Of a stretch of DNA of 64,000 nt, positions 21,201-29,085 are shown piece after piece (position 1 is the stretch's first letter; the number at the start of each line of letters is the position of its first letter). The notes under the pieces are model-generated. The model was not told the origin of the DNA. It made no database searches and saw nothing but the letters and a program-made list of their open reading frames with translations. The position numbers and the translations under genes were made by a program. The stretch covers positions 256,001-320,000 of the forward strand of contig JBEKDT010000002.1 in assembly GCA_050014195.1 (NCBI GenBank). The letters run 5' to 3'. The stretch is from Desulfomonilia bacterium (GTDB taxonomy: Bacteria; Desulfobacterota; Desulfomonilia; UBA1062).

Positions 21201-23039
21201 AATAGTGTAGGTTGTGGTCTGGTTCGGCGACACGAGCGTGGACCCGGTCGGGTTGACCGCACCGATGCCATTGTCGATACTCAGGGTGGTGGCATTGGCT
21301 GAAGACCAGGTGAGGGTAGACGAAGAACCTTGAACAATGGATGCGGGATTCGCCGTCAAGGTCACGATGGGGGGAGGCGGTGGAGTAACGGTCAATGTAA
21401 CACTGGCAGTGGCAGTTCCACCAGGGCCGGTGGCATAGATGGTATAGGTGGTTGTCGTGGTAGGTTTAACGGTCAGGGAGCTGTTCGCGGGTACCGCCCC
21501 GATGTTATTGTCGATGGTGACGGTGACAGCATTGGTGGATGACCAGGAGAGGATCGAGGTCTGACCTGTGATGATGGAAGTCGGTGTGGCATTGATACTG
21601 ACCGTTGGCGGCTGGTACACGGTAATTGTGACCGACTGTGTCTGGGTCCCGCATGCGCCTGTGGCGGTGATGGTATAGGTGGTGGTGCTCTGGGGGTTTA
21701 CCGAGATGGAGCCTGATGCCGCTACAGCACCTATCCCATTGTCTATGCTGACGCTCTGGGCATTCTCGGAGGTCCATATGAGAGAGCATGGGTCGCCCGT
21801 TTTTATTGCAGCAGGGTTGGCGGTTATGCTTACCGTGGGAGGTGAGCATTGTATGGTTGCCTTGGTGGTATCACTTGAAGTTCCGCCGTTATTGTTGGAG
21901 ACAGTGAGCTTTACCGCATATATGCCGGGTGAGGTGTATTTATGTGTAGGGGAAACGCCACTCCCATAAGAACCATCTCCAAAATCCCAGTTATAGGTCA
22001 GAGGGGATCCATTAGGGTCTGTTGAACCGGAACCGTCAAAGGTTATCGTCTGGTTCACTCCGCCGGTATATGGCCCGCCTGCGCGGGCTACAGGCGGTAT
22101 GTTGAGTGGAGGAAGCTCATCCACCTCGGTGATGAAGGTCTGGAGCACGGATGCGCCTTTCCAGTCTTTTACTTTAACCGTTATCTCATAATCACCTATG
22201 GCAGGCGGCGTCCATTGGATGCATCCGGTAAGGGGATTGATTGTCATCCCGGGAGGTGGGCTCACAAGTGAGTATGTCATGATATCCAATTGAGGGTCTG
22301 TTGCAAGAACGTCATACATGTACGGCAGTCCTACAATGGCAGGGGTTACAGGCCGGGAATAAATAACCGGCGGATAATTGAGCTTGGGAATAGTGTGGAA
22401 CGGGTGGGCGCTTGCAACATGGGAAAAAGACAACGTGCCGTTCAGCAATACGCCGACCACGTACAAGTATGTTGCGTCCTTAAGATTTGGATCAGTGTAT
22501 GTGACGGCGGATGGTCCCAGTTCTGCGATCTTTACAAAATTTGAAGGGTCGGTCTCCGGTGCGCGGTAGATATCATAGCCCTGTGCACCCTTTACCGGGA
22601 GCCATGCCATAACCACTTTCCCTTTCAAACCAACAGGAAGGAAAAAATACTCGGGATCAACGGAGAAATAGAGGGTATGCGGGTCGGATCGCTGAAGTCC
22701 GTTATTGGTGAATAATGTGACGGCATACGTCCCTTCGGGAATAAAAACGAGCGGGCTGGGTTCAGCAATTCTTGAGAATGGGCCATACCATTCATAGGAA
22801 AGGGGATTGCCTGTAACGTTGAACAGGCTGCTGTCCAGAACAATGTTGCTCCCCAAGGGTAAGTTCTTGTCGAAAACAGCATCTCCTTTCGGGTCCGGAG
22901 GGCAGGCAGCGGCTTTGTTCGTGAAAGGGATGAGTGCAGTGTTGAGCAGGACCAGGAACAAGAATATTCTGAATATGAAAGCCAGGGATTTTAAGACACA
23001 CTGATATACACGACAAGATACGCGACAAGTGTTGCTCAT
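15276..23039 (-). CDS. Secreted bacterial teneurin-like YD/Rhs polymorphic toxin (Ig/PKD repeats, TTR-like, Fn-plug, NHL, YD shell, toxin tip)
   Basis: GGAGG SD before ATG 23039; Sec-type signal ending NKAAA; PKD (YNWDFGDG); four Thr-rich Ig-like repeats; NHL repeats (GFSGDGG...PFGLALDQKGDLYIADSNNFRVR); YD repeats; [10 protein letters not shown]...PVNYRDPKG. Confidence 0.92.
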   Translation of the reverse strand: MSNTCRVSCRVYQCVLKSLAFIFRIFLFLVLLNTALIPFTNKAAACPPDPKGDAVFDKNLPLGSNIVLDSSLFNVTGNPLSYEWYGPFSRIAEPSPLVFIPEGTYAVTLFTNNGLQRSDPHTLYFSVDPEYFFLPVGLKGKVVMAWLPVKGAQGYDIYRAPETDPSNFVKIAELGPSAVTYTDPNLKDATYLYVVGVLLNGTLSFSHVASAHPFHTIPKLNYPPVIYSRPVTPAIVGLPYMYDVLATDPQLDIMTYSLVSPPPGMTINPLTGCIQWTPPAIGDYEITVKVKDWKGASVLQTFITEVDELPPLNIPPVARAGGPYTGGVNQTITFDGSGSTDPNGSPLTYNWDFGDGSYGSGVSPTHKYTSPGIYAVKLTVSNNNGGTSSDTTKATIQCSPPTVSITANPAAIKTGDPCSLIWTSENAQSVSIDNGIGAVAASGSISVNPQSTTTYTITATGACGTQTQSVTITVYQPPTVSINATPTSIITGQTSILSWSSTNAVTVTIDNNIGAVPANSSLTVKPTTTTTYTIYATGPGGTATASVTLTVTPPPPPIVTLTANPASIVQGSSSTLTWSSANATTLSIDNGIGAVNPTGSTLVSPNQTTTYTITATGPGGTATSRATVTVTPAHNPPSIDSFTAACGNTPILQGTSTTLSWQCSNVDNVTTAYIDPVGTVNISASPLTISPQVTTTYTLTVSNQWGSASAQVTVKVAVPRTPLPDGSFGKPYEGFIPIDSTVQQYDAGRFSVVTGIVQDKTNAPLPGVSVTILGHPEYGTAQTDSTGRFGLPVEGGGLMTVVYSMNGFLNVHPNVNVPWNEHAVVDTIVMIQQDTAATTITLDGNSQSAFLHQSSTSSDSNGQRSCTLVFKGNTVATAVDANGNAIQTLPSSMSVRVTEYTVGDNGPMSMPALLPPQSAYTFCAEFKIDGVERVTFSNPVIAWEDNFLNLPVGTVVPVGYYNRDTGTWIAQKNGVVVKLLDTVGDGLVHALDATGNGQPTDLNGNGDFTDEVAGLQQNPSRFQPGKTFMRVEMSHFSIYDWNFAFLPADNKPPNPNSAPSVQGGGNQNVDIKPCPVPKIASSVEDRSQSVDEDIPIPGTDISLHYASSRSQGNKYTITIPASGNTVPSNLSSIIVQMTIAGEVYSETLTPAPNQTVTFVWDGMDAWGNQTHGPIPANIKIGFAYPACYIPDTEAASNPSILAFAQNSESLAWTFNSARQQAIIWKQYRLVVNKGSLDKSMAQSWTVSTNHRMYPYEPAKVYKGDGTVVSNELNRTIDTVANFLTSSSAGYPYDVAIDSKGNVYMAVVDYYAYTGGVYKLDTNNVLTRITPGSVISVAVDKDDTVYYSMGNYSAGFYIYKINPAGSSVLIAGGGNDCHNENIPATQALIYAWKIAVDSEKNIYFTEGYVDSGYRVRRIDKNGLINTVAGTRTMGPGNIPGPAKKASIEPQSVCFDDEGNMYIADLSDGVLKVDTSGYLSRIAGGSSNYGVSGSDSDGIPATQAYINASGILVDHVGNIYVSDGTTHKVRMIDTNGIITTLAGMGRWGFSGDGGLATSSYLYLPFGLALDQKGDLYIADSNNFRVREVSSAYGDIGSYKLDQGDIPFVEDGICYVFDYAGYHKRTFDVQTGAQLYAFGYDSNRNLTSVTNRFNETTTINYAGGVPSTIVSQDGISTALTLDAGSNLTDLTFSDGNGYHFDYNGGGLMTQERDPRGNYFVHTFDDTGKVTDVTDPEGGHWVYTRQVNQTTGETDYAITSGENNTTTYADTTDSAGFHSVITGPAGDQTNYFQSASDMHVEKTLSCGMSITSDYGLDAAYKYKFMNNLMETTGSLSRTTTFGATYADTNGDGIPDLITETSVMNGKTATLATNTINHIRTLTSPEGRVTTFTYDPGTLLTILLHVTGLTDTAYQYDNRGRPLAITTGSRTTSLAYNDTNVNDRTSAITDPMNFTTIYHYNSRDLLFQVDRPDGSGLSFNYDPNGNMTVLSKPSPTLGTTADHDFGYNRVNLSSSYQTPLNNTYAYAYNKDRQLLSISMPSGRQISNTYTNSLLTEVQMPEGNIDVTYSCPSKISTLTRGAQGISYGYNGSLLSSETMSGSLSQSLGYTYNNDFDVSAVTYAGGIMNLTYDKDRLLKQAGVYAITRDAGNGLPTTVSDGTITIGRTFNTYGEQASQSFLAGSSGHSWSLTYDNTGRITGKTETMNSTTNTFTYAYDSLGRLRTVTLNNSVVEDYSYGNNGARISEMNVYKDITTSRSLSYSNDDQVITAGGTSYVYDADGFLHTKTQGSSATTYTYTSRGELLRVNLPGGTVIEYDYDPLGRRITKKVNGSIIEKYLWQGSTRLLAVYNADNSLRYRFEYADARMPVAMTDGSSTRYYLSCDQVGSLRLVTDTAGNVVKRVDYDTFGYVVNDTNPSFTMPFGFAGGVYDGDTGMIRFGARDYDPDTGRWTAKDPILFKGGDTDLYGYCVSDPVNYRDPKGTILQETEIAIKIALPIIAGGLEATTNIPEKWGPVGNTLEIASGASGIFVSEIMLSTSSSLPIFLPFGLALGSGLEIGLAFNRLYEEISGQSLGADIYNWTYRRKESNLKPCH
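20893..21842 (-). repeat. Four tandem ~77-80-aa Ig-like repeats within the toxin
   Basis: PPTVSI.A.P..I..G....L.W.S.NA..V.IDN.IGAV........P..TTTYTI.ATG..GT consensus. Confidence 0.8.
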
Positions 23040-23254
23040 CACAAACAACCTCCTCAAAATTACTCAAAGTAATGAGAGGGTGATTACATAACAATATTTA
23101 CAGTATATTATTTAATATCCTGAGATCTGCCGGCCTGTCAATATGAAAACTTACAGAATGGTTGAATCGACATCGTTACCCATCAACCTGTGAATCCAGA
23201 AAGCTCTTAATTCCCGGATACTGATTCATTCATTTCATCTCAAGCCCACAGTCC

Positions 23255-23812
23255 TCAGAGCTCCTTCCCGGTCTGGAAGGCCTGGCCCACCACCTCGCCG
23301 AGCTTGTGATAGGTCTCGGATGATGTCGAATAGATGAGGGGGTCCACCAACATCGGGTCCACCTTCTTTCCCTTCATGCAGTCCTCGCTGACATAAGTCT
23401 GGGTGATCTCACCGACCACAAGGGTATGGCTTCCCAGATCGAGGGTATGGAGCAGCTTGCATTCGAGGCTCACCGGGCACTCGTCGACAAGCGGTATGTG
23501 AGGGTTTTCGCCTCTGCTTATGGTAAAGAGGTTTGATTTGTCCCGGTCTTTGCCGGAATAGATGCCGCAGTAGTCAACGATCTTCACCATTGCGCTGGAT
23601 GGTACATTCACTGAAAAACAATGATTCTCCTCGATCCCTTTCAGGGTATGGCGGCCTTTCCGTACAGCAACGGAAACAGTCGGCGGCTGGTGCGATGCAA
23701 TGCCGCACCAGGCAACGACCATAAAATTGGCCTTGCCGTCCACTTCGGCCCCGATAAGGACCGATGGCATGGGGTATAAAATTGTCCGCGGGCCCTGCTT
23801 TTGTTTGATCAT
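23255..23812 (-). CDS. Flavin reductase-like FMN-binding protein (flavoredoxin family); 3' 247 bp form direct repeat copy 2
   Basis: LYPMP, NFMVVAW, FSVNVPS, DYCGIYSG...DK, ECPVSLECK, GSHTLVVGEI. Confidence 0.92.
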   Translation of the reverse strand: MIKQKQGPRTILYPMPSVLIGAEVDGKANFMVVAWCGIASHQPPTVSVAVRKGRHTLKGIEENHCFSVNVPSSAMVKIVDYCGIYSGKDRDKSNLFTISRGENPHIPLVDECPVSLECKLLHTLDLGSHTLVVGEITQTYVSEDCMKGKKVDPMLVDPLIYSTSSETYHKLGEVVGQAFQTGKEL

Positions 23813-24149
23813 TTGTTGCCTCCCTTCTCGTCATGATATCATTGTGGACATTTTTGTTGTATTCACGAACGACGGATCATGTCTCAAAGGTGCGGATTAA
23901 CACTCAAGAATGTAGCCACATTCTTTCTTTATACGTGATTACTTGTTGATACTCAACAACCTTACTTGCAAACTGCGGCGTAACGACGTGATGTCGCCTT
24001 GCGATAGATCTCCGAGATAGGCGAGTGCTTGTATAAGGTCTTAAGAAATCGATGATCTCTTGATATGATTTCCGCGCATGATCACTTCGTGCCAGGGTGA
24101 AACAGAAGGCACGAGATCAACGTAACGAGCAATATACCTGCAACCATGT

Positions 24150-24172
24150 CTCTTGGCACAATATCTTCACTT
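24150..24172 (+). repeat. TGGCAC-N3-ATCTTC motif (left inverted copy)
   Basis: CTCTTGGCACAATATCTTCACTT; 17/23 match to the reverse complement of 27292-27314. Confidence 0.5.
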
Positions 24173-24523
24173 CCTTCAACTGCTTAAAATGATAAAGTAC
24201 GTGCCATAAGGCGTGGTCAGTAACAGGACAGCTTTTCATATAGATAACATCAGCAGATCATCAGTTTTCAAGCTCTATGAAAGCGCACATTTATCGCAGT
24301 GATCTATAGTTTGAACAATGATCGTTATTGAGCAGATAACGAAGAAGACCTAAATGATATGAGAAACTTACTGAGTTCACTAAATAGTGTCTTTCTATGA
24401 ACAACGGATAGAACTTGAATTCGACTATGATACCATGCATAAGAATAACTACACTTGCGGCGAGATGGATTACTGATCTCGCAATAAGCTATCAATAGTT
24501 GAAATAAATAGGAACTTTTTTGT

Positions 24524-25558
24524 ATGATTGTAAAAACAATATCCCTTGTTGTTCCCTGTTATAATGAGACTCATACTATCCCTGCTTTTTACAAGAGAGT
24601 TGTAGCACTGGCCGAGTTAATGAGCAGGCAGTCCTTTGAGTTTATCTTTGTAAATGATGGCAGTACCGATGGAACAGATCGCATCCTAAACGATCTGGCC
24701 CTTAAGGATCAAAGAGTCAAAATACTACACTTGGCTAAGAATAGAGGTCAGCAAATAGCACTCATTGCGGGTATGGATTTTGCGACTGGTGAGATGATCG
24801 TCACAATAGATGCAGACTTGCAAGACCCACCAGAACTTATAACAGAGATGATGAAAAAGATTGAAGATGGATATGATGTTGTCCACGCACAAAGAAGGCA
24901 TAGGAGTGGCGAAACCTGGTTTAGACTTGCAACTGCAAAATTATATTACCGTATCCTCAAAATGTTATCTCAGCTTCCTATAATTGATGAGTGTAGTGAG
25001 TTCCGTGCATTTAGTCGTGCTGTCCTTTTAGCGGTTTCTGAATTTCGGACCTCACATCGATTCTTACGAGGCACTTTTATTCAAGTAGGGTTCAGGCAGT
25101 GTATCATACAGTACGACAGAGATCCTCGATATGCAGGGTATTCAAAATATCCCTTTTGTAAGTTGATGGATTTAGCAATTGATGGAATACTAAGCTTTTC
25201 ATCTGTACCGATCAGGATCATCACCTGGCTATCAATAATTCTTTGCACTTGTGTTCTCATACAATTGTTAGCTGTACTATACGAGCATTCATTCTTACAT
25301 AGTGCCATAAACATATGGAGTTTAATTATAGCGACAATGTTTTTTTTCACTGGTCTTATTCTATTTATTCTGTTCAGTATCGCCATTATAGCCTTATATA
25401 TAGGACGCATCTTTCAACAAGGGCAGAACCAGCCACTATATTGGATATATGAGACTCGCAATATTGATATTGCCTGTATTTCTGAAAAAGCACTTGAATT
25501 GAGAGAGGTCAGACTTTCACAACAGATTATGAAAGAGAATAATTGTGATCGATCATGA
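24524..25558 (+). CDS. GT2 polyprenol-phosphate glycosyltransferase (GtrB/ArnC-like)
   Basis: VVPCYNE, VNDGSTDGT, DADLQDPPE, two C-terminal TMs. Confidence 0.92.
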   Translation: MIVKTISLVVPCYNETHTIPAFYKRVVALAELMSRQSFEFIFVNDGSTDGTDRILNDLALKDQRVKILHLAKNRGQQIALIAGMDFATGEMIVTIDADLQDPPELITEMMKKIEDGYDVVHAQRRHRSGETWFRLATAKLYYRILKMLSQLPIIDECSEFRAFSRAVLLAVSEFRTSHRFLRGTFIQVGFRQCIIQYDRDPRYAGYSKYPFCKLMDLAIDGILSFSSVPIRIITWLSIILCTCVLIQLLAVLYEHSFLHSAINIWSLIIATMFFFTGLILFILFSIAIIALYIGRIFQQGQNQPLYWIYETRNIDIACISEKALELREVRLSQQIMKENNCDRS

Positions 25559-25618
25559 TAAGTCTTTAATGTTCAGTAAAAATATAAATCACTATGATCT
25601 GATTTATTCATAATAACA

Positions 25619-27208
25619 ATGAATACACAGAATGATAAGCAATCCCAAACAGATGCTCAAAATAAATCACGAGAGTTATTTTATGTAGCTATTTATTTAT
25701 TTATCTTAAGCTTTGCTATTCGATTCCCTTTCTTCTTTGATATTGTTATTAATTGGGATGAGAGCACATTTATATTAATGGGACAATCCATCCTGGATGG
25801 ACACCTGCCCTATACAGAGTTGTGGGATATAAAGCCACCATTAGCAATCTTGTTCTTCGCAGGTGCTATTGCCCTACTGGGTAAAAGCATTGTTTCAGTA
25901 CGAATTGCTGGCACACTCTGTGTTGCATTAACTGCTTTTTTTACTTATCTAACAGGCAAGACTCTCTGGAATCGTCGCACAGGCATTTTAAGCGCAACGT
26001 TGTTTATAGTACTTGCCAGTAGTATCAATTTAGGGCAAGCAGTCATGACGGAACATGTAGCATTAGTGCCCCTGGTTGGCGCACTTGCTCTTTTCGTAAT
26101 GCGAGAACAAACACCACGTACAGTTTTTTTCATTGGTATATTGATAGCAATAGCATCCTTTGTTCGTATCAATCTTGCTTTTGTTGCAGTTTTCGCTGGT
26201 ATTATTATAGTTATTGCGGCGTTGACTGCCCGACCTCGTCAGTTCAGCTACTTCAACTCACTCAAGTCAGGACTTGCATATATAGCTGGTGGTAGCCTCA
26301 TCGTTCTGCTTGTTTTCCTACCTTATGTAATCACTGGGAATGAGAGACTCTGGTGGTCATCAGTTGTTTTAGCTCCATTAAGTTTTGCAAATTCCCAGCT
26401 TTCTTTTTTGGAAGCGTTAAATAAACAGTTGGAGATGTTTTGGGGGTTTTTCCTTAATATCAAAGGATCTCTTTTTGGAATAAGCGTGATAGTATGGCTG
26501 TGTGGATTTGCGGGTCTTTTCTTTGGCATTACACAGTTGCGAAATATGTCAAAAGATAAAAGATTCGGTTTTCTATTTCTAATCGCTTTTCTTTTATCAA
26601 TAGAGTTATCAATTTTAAAAGGTGGGGGTGGTGGACTACCCTTTACTCATTACCTTATACAACTAGTTCCCTTTATGTCTTTAACTGCATCTTCTATTTT
26701 ATGTTCTACCAAATCTTTCAATGCTCGCTTGATAATAATGGGCATGGTTTTATTGGCATTAATAACATCTATGCCCCCGATTATTACAGAATACGAGATA
26801 ATAATTTCACGTGTTTTAGATGGCCTTCCGATAAATCATGGCACTGCATATGCGGTTGCGGATTATATTAGGCAGCATAATGTTAATCGTAAACCGGTTT
26901 ACATGATGGATGACCACATTGTTTATTGGCTTCTTGATTTAAAGCCATTGAGTAAGTCCACCACGCATCCTTCAAATATTTCGAGGGAATATCTTCTTAA
27001 GGTACTCGTCGGTCCTGGGACTACCACTGAGATGGAATTAGCTAAAATATTCGATAAGAAGCCTCTATTCATTGTGTTTGACAATTGGAGTATGGCTTAC
27101 ATAAGTCAAAGTAAGGAAGCAAGGAACTTTTTCATCTACAAACTGACAACACTATATGATCCTATCATGAGTATAGATGATGAGCATATATGTCGATTAA
27201 AAGAATAA
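25619..27208 (+). CDS. GT-C fold membrane glycosyltransferase (ArnT/PMT-like)
   Basis: WDESTF...G.LPY..LWDIKPP motif and about 11-12 TM segments. Confidence 0.85.
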   Translation: MNTQNDKQSQTDAQNKSRELFYVAIYLFILSFAIRFPFFFDIVINWDESTFILMGQSILDGHLPYTELWDIKPPLAILFFAGAIALLGKSIVSVRIAGTLCVALTAFFTYLTGKTLWNRRTGILSATLFIVLASSINLGQAVMTEHVALVPLVGALALFVMREQTPRTVFFIGILIAIASFVRINLAFVAVFAGIIIVIAALTARPRQFSYFNSLKSGLAYIAGGSLIVLLVFLPYVITGNERLWWSSVVLAPLSFANSQLSFLEALNKQLEMFWGFFLNIKGSLFGISVIVWLCGFAGLFFGITQLRNMSKDKRFGFLFLIAFLLSIELSILKGGGGGLPFTHYLIQLVPFMSLTASSILCSTKSFNARLIIMGMVLLALITSMPPIITEYEIIISRVLDGLPINHGTAYAVADYIRQHNVNRKPVYMMDDHIVYWLLDLKPLSKSTTHPSNISREYLLKVLVGPGTTTEMELAKIFDKKPLFIVFDNWSMAYISQSKEARNFFIYKLTTLYDPIMSIDDEHICRLKE

Positions 27209-27291
27209 TCCTGGAAATAGATACTTGGCACCATATTCTGCTAAAGAGAACTCATATACCTTCTTCTGTATCATCGCTTATGAACTTTGAT

Positions 27292-27314
27292 AACCGAAGA
27301 TTCCGTGCCAGGAG
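27292..27314 (-). repeat. TGGCAC-N3-ATCTTCGGTT motif (right inverted copy)
   Basis: Minus strand CTCCTGGCACGGAATCTTCGGTT. Confidence 0.5.
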
Positions 27315-27390
27315 CAAGGGTTTGGCCTAATTGAATATATCTTTTGATAATCATCACCAACATGCAATCAGATACGAGTCAATAGATCTA

Positions 27391-27628
27391 TAAGATATTG
27401 AAGCATCAGTAAAACCATGGATATCTTCGATAGATCTCATCCAACTCTATTTCATTTGAGAAGAATATCTTGGAACGAAATCTATAAGCTTCTATTCGAA
27501 GAATGTTTGACTATCAGCCTTTAAGGTCCCTTTGCAATCCTTCCATCACATCACCGGGGAGCCACTAATCTCAATTTCAAGCAGTAACATAATCTTACAT
27601 CCCTTCACTTCGGGGCACAGTACGCTGT
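27391..27628 (+). repeat. ~237-bp non-coding direct repeat, copy 1
   Basis: First 88 bp identical to 30781-30868; remainder aligns with scattered mismatches and small indels. Confidence 0.93.
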
Positions 27629-27651
27629 CAAGATCATTGTCGAGACGCACT

Positions 27652-27966
27652 TCAATGTGATCTCGAGCCACCAGAACGCGACTGCGACGGAATAGACGGC
27701 ATCGAGTGGGAAGCAGGCGCTGATCTGTAAGTGTGCGCAGATGCGTGGCCACTTCCACTGGTTGGACGATTGTCACCGCGGCGAACCGGCGCCACGTGGT
27801 AGTCATGTCCCCAACCACCGTAATCGCCACCGTAGGGTTCATAGTAAGCCGCTCCAAAGCCCCCGCCGTCGTCGTATCCGTATCCGCCAACAGTTAAGGC
27901 GCAGCCGGACAACAGGACTCCAACCACGAAGACAAGCACTGACCAGCGTAAGAATAAGGTATTCAT
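27652..27966 (-). CDS. Small Gly/Tyr-rich lipoprotein
   Basis: Lipobox LLSGC after a hydrophobic stretch; GYGYDDGGG...GGWG; start overlaps the VOC gene stop. Confidence 0.75.
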   Translation of the reverse strand: MNTLFLRWSVLVFVVGVLLSGCALTVGGYGYDDGGGFGAAYYEPYGGDYGGWGHDYHVAPVRRGDNRPTSGSGHASAHTYRSAPASHSMPSIPSQSRSGGSRSH

Positions 27967-28898
27967 TTGGACACCTCTTTACTCTCAGTGTCCGGCCATT
28001 CAAGCAATCCGAAGGGTGCCCCCAAAGGGTCGGCGACCACCGCGACCTTGCCGCCGTGGCGATCAATCCGAGGCTCAACCAGCACGCGCCCACCGAGCGC
28101 CACGACCTTTGCAGTCATCTTGACCGTATCTTCGACGCGTACGTAATTGAGCCAGTGAGGATGGGCATTGGGCCTATTCGCAGGCAGTGTATTCGCGCTC
28201 GCACGAGCATAGTTGTCGGACGCGAGCAAGAGATGTTGCACACCCTCGCTAGCGGGCAACTCGAAGACTTCGTAGTCGAATAGCTTCTGGTAGAAAGCAG
28301 CATCGGTGTCCGGATCGCTCGTGATTAGCGAGCTCCAAATCCATTCTCCGGGTGCGGCCAGAACATCGGCCGGATCGCCGCTAGTGGAAGCTAGGACGGC
28401 AAAAACGGCTCCCTGTGGATCTGCGAAGACTGCTTCCCGGCCGCGGTCAGGGATGCTATGCGGCTCGAACAGCACCTTCGCGCCATTTTGCAAAGCAACT
28501 TTTTTTGCCGCGTCGACATCGCCCACGGCGAAGAAGCTCAGCCACGCCGGCTGTCGATGCTCGCCAGCCTGTACATTCTTGTGAAACAGTCCTGCGACCG
28601 GACGACCGTCGAGAAATGCCTCGGCATACTCTGTCCTACCGGCCTGAATGTCGCGAAATGTCCAGCCGAAAAGTCCCGCATAGAACTGTTTGGCGGCGGC
28701 GAGGTCCGGCGTCACCAATTCAACAAATATAAGTTTGCCGATGTGATGCTCTTGGCTTGCGGGCTCAACAATCGCCGGCAACCGGATCGGTGCGGCCATG
28801 ACCGGCACAGCACACGCAACACCGAGAAGTACGGCGAGCAACCCTTTTGTCTGTAAATTAGATAACGCACTCTTTACCCGGATGATCCTCATTTTCAT
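27963..28898 (-). CDS. Exported tandem-domain VOC/glyoxalase-bleomycin resistance family protein
   Basis: ELVTPDLAAAKQFYAGLFGW, GREAVFADPQGAVF, second domain GKVAVVADPLGAPFGL; signal peptide ...AVPVMA. Confidence 0.9.
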   Translation of the reverse strand: MKMRIIRVKSALSNLQTKGLLAVLLGVACAVPVMAAPIRLPAIVEPASQEHHIGKLIFVELVTPDLAAAKQFYAGLFGWTFRDIQAGRTEYAEAFLDGRPVAGLFHKNVQAGEHRQPAWLSFFAVGDVDAAKKVALQNGAKVLFEPHSIPDRGREAVFADPQGAVFAVLASTSGDPADVLAAPGEWIWSSLITSDPDTDAAFYQKLFDYEVFELPASEGVQHLLLASDNYARASANTLPANRPNAHPHWLNYVRVEDTVKMTAKVVALGGRVLVEPRIDRHGGKVAVVADPLGAPFGLLEWPDTESKEVSK

Positions 28899-29066
28899 TC
28901 TCCTAAAACAGTAAAATAGATCCCTTTGCCTATAAGACAGATTATAATAAAGTTCATGACAACTTTTTCAAGGGGAGTATAGAGACATAACCAGATCATT
29001 ATACGAGCCTAAACAATTTTGGTCTTTCAAAAGACTATAAATCTCGAGGTATTTCTGATCGATCAA

Positions 29067-29085
29067 AACCGAAGATAATGTGCCA
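29067..29085 (-). repeat. TGGCAC-N3-ATCTTCGGTT motif
   Basis: Minus strand TGGCACATTATCTTCGGTT, 16/19 identical to the 27292-27310 copy. Confidence 0.5.

Noticed and set aside
24154-29085. TGGCAC sites as sigma-54 promoters
   Set aside because: No GC dinucleotide at the required -12 spacing; the site at 27226 is off by one base
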